56,148 nt of DNA, from assembly GCA_034663685.1 (NCBI GenBank), contig JAXDJC010000219.1, positions 1 through 56,148 on the forward strand, in the 5' to 3' direction. Position numbers and translations under genes: made by a program. Positions 8,060 through 16,284 of the stretch are shown here, piece after piece. Under the pieces are notes generated by a model. It saw nothing but the letters and a program-made list of their open reading frames with translations. It was not told the origin of the DNA and searched no databases. Position 1 is the stretch's first letter, and every line of letters starts with the position of its first letter. This DNA is from Thermoleophilaceae bacterium. GTDB lineage: Bacteria; Actinomycetota; Thermoleophilia; Solirubrobacterales; Thermoleophilaceae.

Positions 8060-8835
8060 ACGCTGAAGCCGTTCGCAATCTGATCCAAGAGCGACTGCTT
8101 GATGACCTCGATTGCGAGGTTGTCGAGGGCGACGCGTTCCGCTTCGGCTGCCAGACCCCCCTCGAATATCCTCGTGGCGATTCGATCGTTGTTTGGGTAG
8201 AGCCGCGTGGCGATCAGTTCGAGGTCTCGGATCTTGGCGAAGCGTACGTCGATGTAGTCCTGCATCCGCCGAAAGACCGGGGGGCTTTCGAAGACCTATT
8301 TGCCCAGATCGCTCGTGGGTTTGCTTTGAACGACGACGACGGGAACCTCAGCGGCGTGGGGCCGGCCGAACAGATCGGTGACCTCGTTTGGCGGGTCGCG
8401 TCCGCATCGGCGCAGGTCGCCCAAGCCGCCACGCTCGTCCCCCGTAAGGCGGACCATAAGGACCACGCGTTCGAACGTGAGGTAGCTGAGGCCCTGCGCG
8501 AGCGTGAAGTCCCTGTCGAGCACCGACGGCGCAAGCTCGTTGGCCAGTCAGAGCGCGTACACAAGGTGACGTTCTACGTGCCTGAGCGCAACGCAGTCCT
8601 AGAACCGGTGACCGCGCATTGGAACTCAGCCTCCAACGTGTATACCCGCCTGGGCGACTTGGGCCGCGCTCAGGCAAACGGCAACGGCGGCTACGGCCTG
8701 TTCTCCATCGTTGACGACAAACGCGCGGCTGACGCCGAGAAGATCGAGCAGCTTCTCGCTCAGGTCAGCAATGTCGTGCCCTGGACCCAGCACGAAGAAT
8801 GGCTCGCGGGGCTTACGTCGTCTCGCGGTACCTGA
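8056..8835 (+). CDS. DUF1828/DUF1829-like protein (IS cargo)
   Basis: The N-terminal pattern CQTPLEYPRGDSIVVWVEPRGDQFEVSDLGEA resembles DUF1828. The C-terminal GQSERVHKVTFYVP...LEPV resembles the DUF1829 core. This is recognition from memory only. Confidence 0.65.
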   Translation: MNAEAVRNLIQERLLDDLDCEVVEGDAFRFGCQTPLEYPRGDSIVVWVEPRGDQFEVSDLGEAYVDVVLHPPKDRGAFEDLFAQIARGFALNDDDGNLSGVGPAEQIGDLVWRVASASAQVAQAATLVPRKADHKDHAFEREVAEALREREVPVEHRRRKLVGQSERVHKVTFYVPERNAVLEPVTAHWNSASNVYTRLGDLGRAQANGNGGYGLFSIVDDKRAADAEKIEQLLAQVSNVVPWTQHEEWLAGLTSSRGT

Positions 8836-9787
8836 GCCGCCGCCCGCCAACCTGACCGGCAAGCCGCTTCATGCGCTCGGTATCGCTGATCTTGCGAGTT
8901 GAGAATCGGAAGTCGAACTCCGTCAGGTAGCGGTCTAGGTGCGCCCGGCTGACGTGATGGTGCGTCCCGTCCAGCGACCGCTTCAGCTGTGAGAAGTACG
9001 ACTCGGCCTGGTTGGTCGAGACATCGCCGCGCACGTACTCGGCCGCGTGGTGGTTCACGGTCGAGTGGTCGGCCAGCATCGGCGCGATCTGGTGACGGTA
9101 GGGGGGCCACTCGTCGGTATGAAGATGGGTGCGGGCAGGGTCGGTCTCCTCGCGGATCACGGCGGAGAGCGAGTCGCCCGTGACGTTCGGGACCGACCGG
9201 GACCGAACCTCACCGGTCTCACGCGAGACCAGCGCGACGATGGGCGTCTTGTCGGTCGCGCCCTGCTTGCCAACCCGTCGCGGATCGCCCTTGCGTCGGT
9301 TCTCAGGCTTGCCGCCATACCAAGTCTCGTCAGCGACGACACGACCGGAGAGAAGACCCGCGACGGGATCGCGCTTCATGGCCTCGCGGATGCGGTGGGT
9401 CATGTACCACGCGCTCTTAGGCGTCAGGGCGTACTTGCGCTCGATCTCGCGGGCGCTGACGCCGTTCTTCGAGGCGCACATTTCGAAGACCACGAACAGC
9501 CAAGTGCGAACGGGGATCTTGCTCCCGTGGAAGATCGTGTTGGTCAGGACCGAGAACTGCTTGCGGCACTCGGCGCACTTCCATACGCGCCGCTCGGACT
9601 GCTTGCCGGTGCGGGTCGTGCGAGAGGTCCCGTTCTTCGGGGTCAGGAAGTAGGGCGGCTTGGCCGACGCGCAATGCGGGCAGACCGGCTCACCGTTCCA
9701 ACGCAGGTCCTCAAGGAACCGGTAGGCGTCGGCCTCGGTGCTGATCTTCGCCGCGAGCTTGGGGATGCTGAGTTCCGAGTTCTTCAT
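8813..9787 (-). CDS. IS1595-family (ISXO2-like) DDE transposase; an alternative GTG start is at 9799
   Basis: N-terminal zinc ribbon (CPHC...CAEC), then VVADETWYGG, HLHTDEWPPY and TNQAESYFSQLKR DDE-type motifs. Confidence 0.9.
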   Translation of the reverse strand: MKNSELSIPKLAAKISTEADAYRFLEDLRWNGEPVCPHCASAKPPYFLTPKNGTSRTTRTGKQSERRVWKCAECRKQFSVLTNTIFHGSKIPVRTWLFVVFEMCASKNGVSAREIERKYALTPKSAWYMTHRIREAMKRDPVAGLLSGRVVADETWYGGKPENRRKGDPRRVGKQGATDKTPIVALVSRETGEVRSRSVPNVTGDSLSAVIREETDPARTHLHTDEWPPYRHQIAPMLADHSTVNHHAAEYVRGDVSTNQAESYFSQLKRSLDGTHHHVSRAHLDRYLTEFDFRFSTRKISDTERMKRLAGQVGGRRLRYRETT

Positions 9788-9817
9788 GACTTGACACACC
9801 CATCGTCTCAGACCTGC

Positions 9818-9843
9818 GTGGGTTTGTCAAGTCCAACATCACC
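9818..9843. repeat. Right terminal inverted repeat
   Basis: GTGGGTTTGTCAAGTCCAACATCACC is the inverted partner of 7063-7088. Confidence 0.85.
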
Positions 9844-9851
9844 GATCCGTT
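9844..9851. repeat. Right copy of the 8-bp target-site duplication GATCCGTT
   Basis: Identical to 7055-7062. Confidence 0.85.
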
Positions 9852-9877
9852 TTACCCGCCATGGGGGGTAAAAGGGA
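9846..9877. terminator. Stem-loop between the convergent prmA and antiporter genes (candidate bidirectional terminator)
   Basis: TCCGTTTTACCC (9846-9857) pairs with GGGTAAAAGGGA (9866-9877) with one G-G mismatch. The loop is 8 nt. A/T tracts lie inside the arms. Confidence 0.45.
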
Positions 9878-9888
9878 TCAGGCTCGGC

Positions 9889-11682
9889 CTACTCCGGCAC
9901 CTCGGTGGCCAGGGCGCCGATCACGGTCTGCAGCCAGGCGCGTTCGTCCTGGCTTACGCGGCCCATCCGGCGGCGGGCCCAGGCGGACATCTGCGCTCGG
10001 CCACCCACGGCCAGGACCGGGCCGGCCAGGGCGTAGCGGCCGTCGTCGAGCACGAACAGGCCGCCCGGGCAGTCGCGCCTCACGCGCAGCTGCTCGATCA
10101 CGCGGCGGTCGGCGATCGTGCCCGGGTAGGTGGGGTCGCCGTCCACCTCGTCGCGCCACGGGCGCGCGGTCATGATCGGCTCACGGCCCTCGGCCTTGCG
10201 CGGCGGCCGCGGGCGCGGGCCGATCGGGCCCTCGCGCCAGAGCGTCATCAGCGCCGGAACGCGCTTGGCCGCCTCGCGGCGCATCAGCACGTGCACGCGG
10301 TCGCCGGCCCGCAGGCGTGTGGCGCCGCGCGGCGGGATCGCCTCGTCGCCGCGCACGATCACGTTGACCACCGCCTCGCGCGGGAGCCCGAGGTCGCGCA
10401 CCCGCGCGCCCACGATCGCGTCCTCGGGGCCGATCGGGTACTCGAGCACCTCGGCGCCCAGCCGGCGGATCGTGCCGGCCTCGGCCAGCGGGCTCGGCAG
10501 CGCCGGCTGGCTCGTGGTCAGGCCCAGGCGCTTGGCAAGCGGCTCGAACGTGGCGCCCTGGAGCAGGGTGGAGATCACCACCGCGAAGAACACGATGTTG
10601 AAGAACTTGAGGCTGTCGGGCACGTGGGCGATCACCGGGAACGTGGCCAGCACCACCGGGACGGCGCCGCGCAGCCCGGCCCAGCCGAGCAGCAGCCGCT
10701 CCTGCGTGCTGAAGCGGTCGAACGCCGTGGAGACGAACACCGCCACCGGCCTCGCCACGAACACGAGGATCAGCGTGAGCACGATCGCCTCGACCAGCAC
10801 GTCGCCGAGCTGGGATGGGAACACGAGCAGCCCGAGCGCCAGGAACAGCGCGATCTGGGCGACCCACGCGAGCCCCTGGTGGAAGGTGACGATCGTGCGC
10901 TTGGCGGGGATCGTGGCGGTGCCCACGATCAGCCCGGTCAGGTAGACGGAGAGGAACCCGGACCCGCCGAGCGAGTCCGCGGCCCCGAACGAGAGGCCGG
11001 CCGTGGCGAGCGACGCGACCGGGTAGAGGCCCGCCGTGTCGAGCTGCGCGCGCTTGAACGCGTAGACCGCGCCGGCACCCACGAGGGCGCCGATAGCCAC
11101 CCCGATCCCGAGCTGCTCGGCGAACAGCGCGATCATGTCCGGCACGCCGTAGTGCGGCTGCTTGATCCACTCGATGAAGCCGAGCACGAGGAGGACGGCG
11201 ACCGGGTCGTTGAAGCCGGACTCGCCCTCCAGCACCCGCGCGAGGCGCCGCTCGAGGGTGGAGTGGCGCAGCAGCGCGAAGATCGCCGCGCCGTCCGTGG
11301 CGGACACGACCGCGCCGAGCAGCATGCCCTCCACGATCGTGATGTCGAAGAGCCAGGAGGCGGCGAGCCCCACGATCACCGCGGTGGCGAGCGTGCCGAG
11401 GAGCGCCAGCCCGACCGCCGGGCGCAGGACCGGCCTGATCTCCCGAAAGCCGGTGGCCAGGCCGCCCTCGAACAGGATCAGGGCGAGCGCGATCACCCCG
11501 ACGGTCCTCGCCAGGTTGTAGTCGTCGAAGTGGATCCAGCCGGTTCCCTCCGAGCCGACGGCCATCCCGAGCCCCAGGAACAGGAGCAGGCTCGGCAGTC
11601 GCAGCCGCCGCGCCATCAGCGATGCGCCGAGTCCGCCGGCGAGCATCGCCGCCGCGATCAGGATGAGCTCCCCCACGTGCAC
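9889..11682 (-). CDS. K+/H+ (monovalent cation/proton) antiporter, CPA1 family, with a C-terminal TrkA-C domain
   Basis: About 12 TM helices, the ESGFNDPVAV motif, and a C-terminal regulatory domain (GARVRDLGLPREAVVNVIVRG). Confidence 0.9.
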   Translation of the reverse strand: MHVGELILIAAAMLAGGLGASLMARRLRLPSLLLFLGLGMAVGSEGTGWIHFDDYNLARTVGVIALALILFEGGLATGFREIRPVLRPAVGLALLGTLATAVIVGLAASWLFDITIVEGMLLGAVVSATDGAAIFALLRHSTLERRLARVLEGESGFNDPVAVLLVLGFIEWIKQPHYGVPDMIALFAEQLGIGVAIGALVGAGAVYAFKRAQLDTAGLYPVASLATAGLSFGAADSLGGSGFLSVYLTGLIVGTATIPAKRTIVTFHQGLAWVAQIALFLALGLLVFPSQLGDVLVEAIVLTLILVFVARPVAVFVSTAFDRFSTQERLLLGWAGLRGAVPVVLATFPVIAHVPDSLKFFNIVFFAVVISTLLQGATFEPLAKRLGLTTSQPALPSPLAEAGTIRRLGAEVLEYPIGPEDAIVGARVRDLGLPREAVVNVIVRGDEAIPPRGATRLRAGDRVHVLMRREAAKRVPALMTLWREGPIGPRPRPPRKAEGREPIMTARPWRDEVDGDPTYPGTIADRRVIEQLRVRRDCPGGLFVLDDGRYALAGPVLAVGGRAQMSAWARRRMGRVSQDERAWLQTVIGALATEVPE

Positions 11683-11723
11683 GCGGCAAGCTTGTCAGGC
11701 GCCGGGCGGAGCGCCCAGCTAGG

Positions 11724-12764
11724 GTGCGCCGGGTCGCCGTGCCCTCACTGATCCGAGCAAAGGCGCCGCTTCGCATCAGCTTCGCCGGAGGCGGCACAGA
11801 CGTCCCACCGTTCCCCGAGCGCGAGGGCGGCCTCGTGCTGAACGCCACCATCAATCGCTTCGCCTACGGGACGCTGCGCCCGCGGGCGGACGAGCAGATC
11901 CAGATCGAGTCGGTGGATTTCGGCCAGACCGCGACCTACGGGGTGGACGACCGCCTGGTCTTCGACGGCAAGCTCGACCTGGCCAAGGCCGCGATCCGGG
12001 AGATCGTGGGCCGGGCCGGTTCCGGCTTCGAGCTGCTCCTCCACTCGAACGCGCCGCCCGGCTCGGGGCTCGGGTCGTCCTCCACGATGATGGTCGCGCT
12101 GGTGGGCCTGCTGAAGGAGTTCCGCAGCCTGCCGCTGACCGACTACGAGGTGGCCGAGCTGGCGTACCGGATCGAGCGCGAGGAGCTGGGCATCAAGGGT
12201 GGGCTCCAGGACCAGTACTCCGCCACGTTCGGCGGCTTCAACTTCATCGAGATGGGTGCCGACCGCGTGGTGGTCAACCCGCTGCGCGTGAGCCCCGACA
12301 CGGTGCACGAGCTCGAGCACAACATGCTGCTCTGCTACACGGGCCGCACGCGGGAGTCGAGCCGGATCATCGACGACCAGACCAGCCGCTTCGAGGGGGG
12401 CGAGGAGGAGACCCTTGCCGGCCTGCGCCTCCAGAAGGAGCTGGCGGTGGACATGAAGGACGCGCTGCTGCGCGGGAGGCTGTCCGAGTTCGGCGCGCTG
12501 CTCGACCGCGCCTGGCAGGCGAAGAAGCGGATGTCGCCGCGCATCACCACCGACGCGATCGACGCGATGTACGCGACCGCTCGCGAGACCGGCGCGCTCG
12601 GCGGGAAGGTGACGGGCGCGGGTGGCGGCGGCTACATCCTGTTCTACTGCGACTACCGCCACAAGCACCGCGTGGCCGAGGCGATGAGGGAGCTGGGCGG
12701 AGTGGTGGAGGAGTTCGCGTTCGTGCAGGAGGGGATGCGCACGTGGAGGGCACCGCTTGACTGA
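11724..12764 (+). CDS. hddA: GHMP-family sugar kinase, D-glycero-D-manno-heptose 7-phosphate kinase-like; the start may be the GTG at 11739
   Basis: APLRISFAGGGTD N-terminus and the GHMP motif PPGSGLGSSSTMMVAL. Followed directly by gmhA and gmhB. Confidence 0.75.
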   Translation: MRRVAVPSLIRAKAPLRISFAGGGTDVPPFPEREGGLVLNATINRFAYGTLRPRADEQIQIESVDFGQTATYGVDDRLVFDGKLDLAKAAIREIVGRAGSGFELLLHSNAPPGSGLGSSSTMMVALVGLLKEFRSLPLTDYEVAELAYRIEREELGIKGGLQDQYSATFGGFNFIEMGADRVVVNPLRVSPDTVHELEHNMLLCYTGRTRESSRIIDDQTSRFEGGEEETLAGLRLQKELAVDMKDALLRGRLSEFGALLDRAWQAKKRMSPRITTDAIDAMYATARETGALGGKVTGAGGGGYILFYCDYRHKHRVAEAMRELGGVVEEFAFVQEGMRTWRAPLD

Positions 12765-13344
12765 CGACGTGGCGGAGGCACTGGTCCGCGAGCGGCTGCG
12801 CGAGAGCGGCGCGGTGATCGCGGCGCTGCTCGAGAGCGACGCGCCCGCTCGCGTGGCCGAGGCCGCTGCGGTCGTGGCGGAGGCGATCGCCGCCGGCGGC
12901 AAGCTGCTCACGTTCGGCAACGGCGGCAGCGCCGCGGACGCGCAGCACATCGCGGCGGAGCTGGTGGGCCGCTACGTGCTCGACCGGGCCGCGCTGCCCG
13001 CGGTGGCGCTGGCCGAGAACTCCTCGACCGTGACCGCGGTGGCCAACGACTACTCCTACGAGGAGGTATTCAAGCGCCACGTGGAGGGCCTCGGCCGGCC
13101 CGGCGACGTGGCGCTCGGGATCTCCACGAGCGGCGGGTCGGAGAACGTGGTGCGCGGGCTGGCCGCCGCGCGCGAGCGCGGGCTGCGAACGATTGCGTTC
13201 ACCGGCGCGAGCGGCGGGCGCCTGGCCGCGGCCGCGGATATCTGCGTGCGTGTGCCGTCGGATGACACGCCCCACGTCCAGGAGGGGCACACCGTGCTGG
13301 CGCACGCGCTGTGTGAGCTCGTGGAGCGCGCCTGTGCCGGCTGA
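12757..13344 (+). CDS. gmhA: D-sedoheptulose 7-phosphate isomerase (SIS domain)
   Basis: GNGGSAADAQHIAAELVGRY and ISTSGGSENV motifs. 8-nt overlap with hddA. Confidence 0.85.
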   Translation: MTDDVAEALVRERLRESGAVIAALLESDAPARVAEAAAVVAEAIAAGGKLLTFGNGGSAADAQHIAAELVGRYVLDRAALPAVALAENSSTVTAVANDYSYEEVFKRHVEGLGRPGDVALGISTSGGSENVVRGLAAARERGLRTIAFTGASGGRLAAAADICVRVPSDDTPHVQEGHTVLAHALCELVERACAG

Positions 13345-13837
13345 GGCCGGCCCGGTTGCCTTCCTCGACCGCGACGGCACGATCAACCACCCGGCCGCGC
13401 CCGGCGAGTACATCGAGAGCTGGGACCAGTTCCGCTTCCTGCCGCGCGCGCCGGAGGCCATCGCCCTGCTGCGCGGCGCCGGCTTCAGGATCGTGGTGGT
13501 GACCAATCAGCGCGGCATCGCGCTCGGGCGGATGAGCGAGGCGGACCTGGAGGACATTCACCGGCGCATGCTCGCCGAGCTCGAGGGGGCGCATGCGTTC
13601 GTGGACGCCGTCTATCACTGCCCCCACGGCCACGGAGAGTGCGACTGCCGCAAGCCCCAGCCGGGGATGCTGCTGCGGGCGAGCCGCGAGCTGCCCGGGG
13701 TGGACCTCGAGCGCTCCGTGATGATCGGCGACTCCGAGAGCGACATGGAGGCGGGTAGGCGGGCCGGATGCCGCTGCGTGCGCATCGGCCCCGACCGCTC
13801 GCTCTACGACGCGGCCGTCGGGCTAACCGGCACCTGA
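13334..13837 (+). CDS. gmhB: D,D-heptose 1,7-bisphosphate phosphatase (HAD-IIIA)
   Basis: The GTG start overlaps the gmhA end. FLDRDGTIN, VVVTNQ, CxHxxxxxCxCRKP zinc motif and GDSESDMEAG. Confidence 0.8.
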   Translation: MPAEAGPVAFLDRDGTINHPAAPGEYIESWDQFRFLPRAPEAIALLRGAGFRIVVVTNQRGIALGRMSEADLEDIHRRMLAELEGAHAFVDAVYHCPHGHGECDCRKPQPGMLLRASRELPGVDLERSVMIGDSESDMEAGRRAGCRCVRIGPDRSLYDAAVGLTGT

Positions 13838-14506
13838 CTCGGCCAGCTCCGCAAGCCCCCAGAGGTCGCGCCACTCGTGGTCGAACGAAGCGTCCCCCGG
13901 CGGCGGCTCCTGATGGCGGTTGACCCATGCCGTCTGCATCCCCGCGCGGGCGGCCGGGCCGATGTCGTACTTGAACCCGAACGCCACGTGCAGCACGTTC
14001 TCCGGCGGCTCGCCGATCCGCTCGAGCGCGCGGGCGAAGACCTCGTCGGCCGGCTTGTAGGCGCGCACGTCCTCGGCCACCTGCACGATGTCGAACGGCA
14101 CCTCGAGGTTGCGCAGGCTGTGGGCCATGATGTCGCGGTCGGTGTTCGAGACGATCATCAGCCGCAGCCCGGCCTCGCGCGTCCGCGTGAGCGCGGGCCG
14201 GGTGTCCGGGAACGGCTGCCAGCTGCGCATGGCGCGCACGAGCGCCACGCCGTCGCCGTCCTCGTGGGGCCAGCCGCGTTCGTCGCAGAAGCGCACGAGC
14301 GTCTCGGCGAGGACCTCCCTGTAGGGCCGGTACTCGCCCTGGATCAGCTCGAACTGGATCGCCTCGAAGCGCTCGCGCAGCTCGCGGCCGGGGGCCGGCC
14401 GCTCCTCGCCGAGGCGCAGCGCCTTGGCATAGAGGAACGATCCGAATCCGCCCTCCCAGTCGATCAGCGTGCCGTAGCAGTCGAAGGTGGCGATCGTGGG
14501 GCGCAC
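13823..14506 (-). CDS. Haloacid dehalogenase type II / HAD-family hydrolase
   Basis: FDCYGTLIDWE (DxYGT) motif, SNTD and AFGFKYD motifs. Confidence 0.8.
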   Translation of the reverse strand: MRPTIATFDCYGTLIDWEGGFGSFLYAKALRLGEERPAPGRELRERFEAIQFELIQGEYRPYREVLAETLVRFCDERGWPHEDGDGVALVRAMRSWQPFPDTRPALTRTREAGLRLMIVSNTDRDIMAHSLRNLEVPFDIVQVAEDVRAYKPADEVFARALERIGEPPENVLHVAFGFKYDIGPAARAGMQTAWVNRHQEPPPGDASFDHEWRDLWGLAELAESGAG

Positions 14507-14531
14507 TTCCCTGCAGCCTAAACTGGACTCG

Positions 14532-14972
14532 ATGTCACTGCTCGCACGGGTTCAGGCCGACACCACCGCCGCGCTGAAGGCGGGCGAGCGCGAGCGCGTG
14601 ACCGCGCTGCGGATGATCGTGTCCGAGCTCCAGCGCGCGCACAAGGAGGCCGCCGGCACAGAGGCGGACGAGGTGGCGGTGCTCCAGCGCGAGCGCAAGC
14701 GCCGGCTCGAGTCCGCCGGCGCGTACCGCGAGGCCGGTCGCCAGGACCTGGTGGCTGCGGAGGAGCGCGAGGCTGAGCTGATCGGCGAGTACCTGCCCGA
14801 GCAGATGTCGGATGACGAGCTGGCGGCCATCGTGGGCGACGTGGTGGCCGAGACCGGCGCCACCTCGCCGAAGGAGATGGGCCGCGTGATGTCGATGGTC
14901 ATGCCGCGCGTGCAGGGGCGCGCCGACGGCAAGCGCGTGAGCGCGCTCGTCAAGGAGCGCCTGACGGCATAG
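14532..14972 (+). CDS. yqeY: GatB/YqeY domain protein
   Basis: The [21 protein letters not shown] pattern is typical of YqeY. ATG at 14532. Confidence 0.85.
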   Translation: MSLLARVQADTTAALKAGERERVTALRMIVSELQRAHKEAAGTEADEVAVLQRERKRRLESAGAYREAGRQDLVAAEEREAELIGEYLPEQMSDDELAAIVGDVVAETGATSPKEMGRVMSMVMPRVQGRADGKRVSALVKERLTA

Positions 14973-15913
14973 TGCGTACGCAGGTCGAGCTGACGAACGA
15001 CGTGGCCACGGAGCTGGCCGGCCCGGGCGACGCGATCATGAAGACGCTCGAGGGGCACCTCGGGGCCGAGATCTTCCTGCGCGGGAACATCCTCACGCTC
15101 GAGGGCGACGAGGGCGAGGTGGCCACGGCCGAGACGGTGGTGCGCGAGGTCACGGACCTGGTCCGCCAAGGCCACGAGATCGCGCCCGGCACGATCGCGG
15201 CGATCACCAACGCGCTCGACCAGCACGAGAGCCCCAGCGCGATCCTCGAGGACGTGGTCTGGCGCCACCGCGGGCTGAAGGTGGCGCCCAAGACGGTGAA
15301 CCAGAAGCACTACGTGGACGCGATCCGCAACGAGACGATCACGGTGGGCATCGGCCCCGCGGGCACCGGCAAGTCGTTCCTGGCCGTGGCGATGGCGGTG
15401 GCGGCCCTCTCGCGGCGCGAGGTCAACCGCATCGTGCTCACTCGCCCGGCGGTGGAGGCCGGCGAGCGGCTCGGCTTCCTGCCGGGCGACCTGATGGCCA
15501 AGGTCGACCCCTACCTGCGCCCGCTGTTCGACGCGCTCTACAGCATGATGGAGCCCGAGCGCGTGAACCAGTACCTCGACCGCGGAACGATCGAGGTGGC
15601 GCCGCTGGCGTTCATGCGGGGCCGGACCCTGAACGACTCGTTCATCATCCTCGACGAGGCTCAGAACACGAGCCCGGAGCAGATGAAGATGTTCCTCACC
15701 CGGCTCGGCTTCAACTCGAAGATGGTCGTGACCGGCGACATCACGCAGACAGACCTCCAGGGCGACCAGCGCTCCGGCCTCGTCACGATCGCCGACATCC
15801 TCGGCGACGTGGAGGGCATCGAGTTCGTGCGCTTCGGCGGCGAGGACGTGGTGCGCCACAAGCTGGTGCAGCGGATCGTCGCGGCGTACGACCGGCACTC
15901 GCAGAGCCGCTGA
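14972..15913 (+). CDS. phoH: PhoH-family ATPase
   Basis: Walker [14 protein letters not shown], then FIILDEAQN and [11 protein letters not shown] motifs. GTG start. Confidence 0.95.
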   Translation: MRTQVELTNDVATELAGPGDAIMKTLEGHLGAEIFLRGNILTLEGDEGEVATAETVVREVTDLVRQGHEIAPGTIAAITNALDQHESPSAILEDVVWRHRGLKVAPKTVNQKHYVDAIRNETITVGIGPAGTGKSFLAVAMAVAALSRREVNRIVLTRPAVEAGERLGFLPGDLMAKVDPYLRPLFDALYSMMEPERVNQYLDRGTIEVAPLAFMRGRTLNDSFIILDEAQNTSPEQMKMFLTRLGFNSKMVVTGDITQTDLQGDQRSGLVTIADILGDVEGIEFVRFGGEDVVRHKLVQRIVAAYDRHSQSR

Positions 15914-16284
15914 CGCTCGAGATAGAGATCCACGGGACCGAGGACGCGCGCCTGCGTCCGGCGGTGGAGGCAGCGCTGGCCGCAGCGGGCGTGGGGGAGG
16001 GGCACGTGGCGGTGGCGCTCGTGGGCGAGGACGAGATCCGGCGGCTCAACCGCGAGCACCGCGGGCGCGACGCGCCCACCGACGTGCTCTCGTTCCCGGT
16101 CGACGAGGCCGGGCCGGCGGCCGGGCCGCGCGAGCTGGGCGACGTGGTGATCTGCCCGGAGCACGCGGAGGACCCGGTCGAGGCGGCGGTGCACGGCGTG
16201 CTGCACCTCTGCGGCCACGACCACGAGACCGACGGCGGCGAGATGCTTGCGCTCCAGGACCGCGTGATGGCCGGGCTCGCCTGA
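15910..16284 (+). CDS. ybeY: rRNA maturation endoribonuclease YbeY (start uncertain)
   Basis: [11 protein letters not shown] zinc motif. YbeY-like sequence [13 protein letters not shown] continues upstream of the first canonical start (GTG 15964), back to the phoH stop. Confidence 0.8.
   Translation: MTLEIEIHGTEDARLRPAVEAALAAAGVGEGHVAVALVGEDEIRRLNREHRGRDAPTDVLSFPVDEAGPAAGPRELGDVVICPEHAEDPVEAAVHGVLHLCGHDHETDGGEMLALQDRVMAGLA

Larger units (their letters stand above)
7063..9843 (-). mobile_element. IS1595-family insertion element (2781 bp) carrying four cargo ORFs
   Basis: 26-bp terminal inverted repeats (22/26 identical), an 8-bp direct repeat, an ISXO2-like DDE transposase and visibly lower GC than the flanks. 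Confidence 0.85.

Noticed and set aside
8023-8265. 80-aa minus-strand ORF with normal-looking composition inside the IS cargo.
   Set aside because: It is antisense to the N-terminal region of the 259-aa protein, which carries the recognisable DUF1828-like pattern. The plus-strand frame is preferred.
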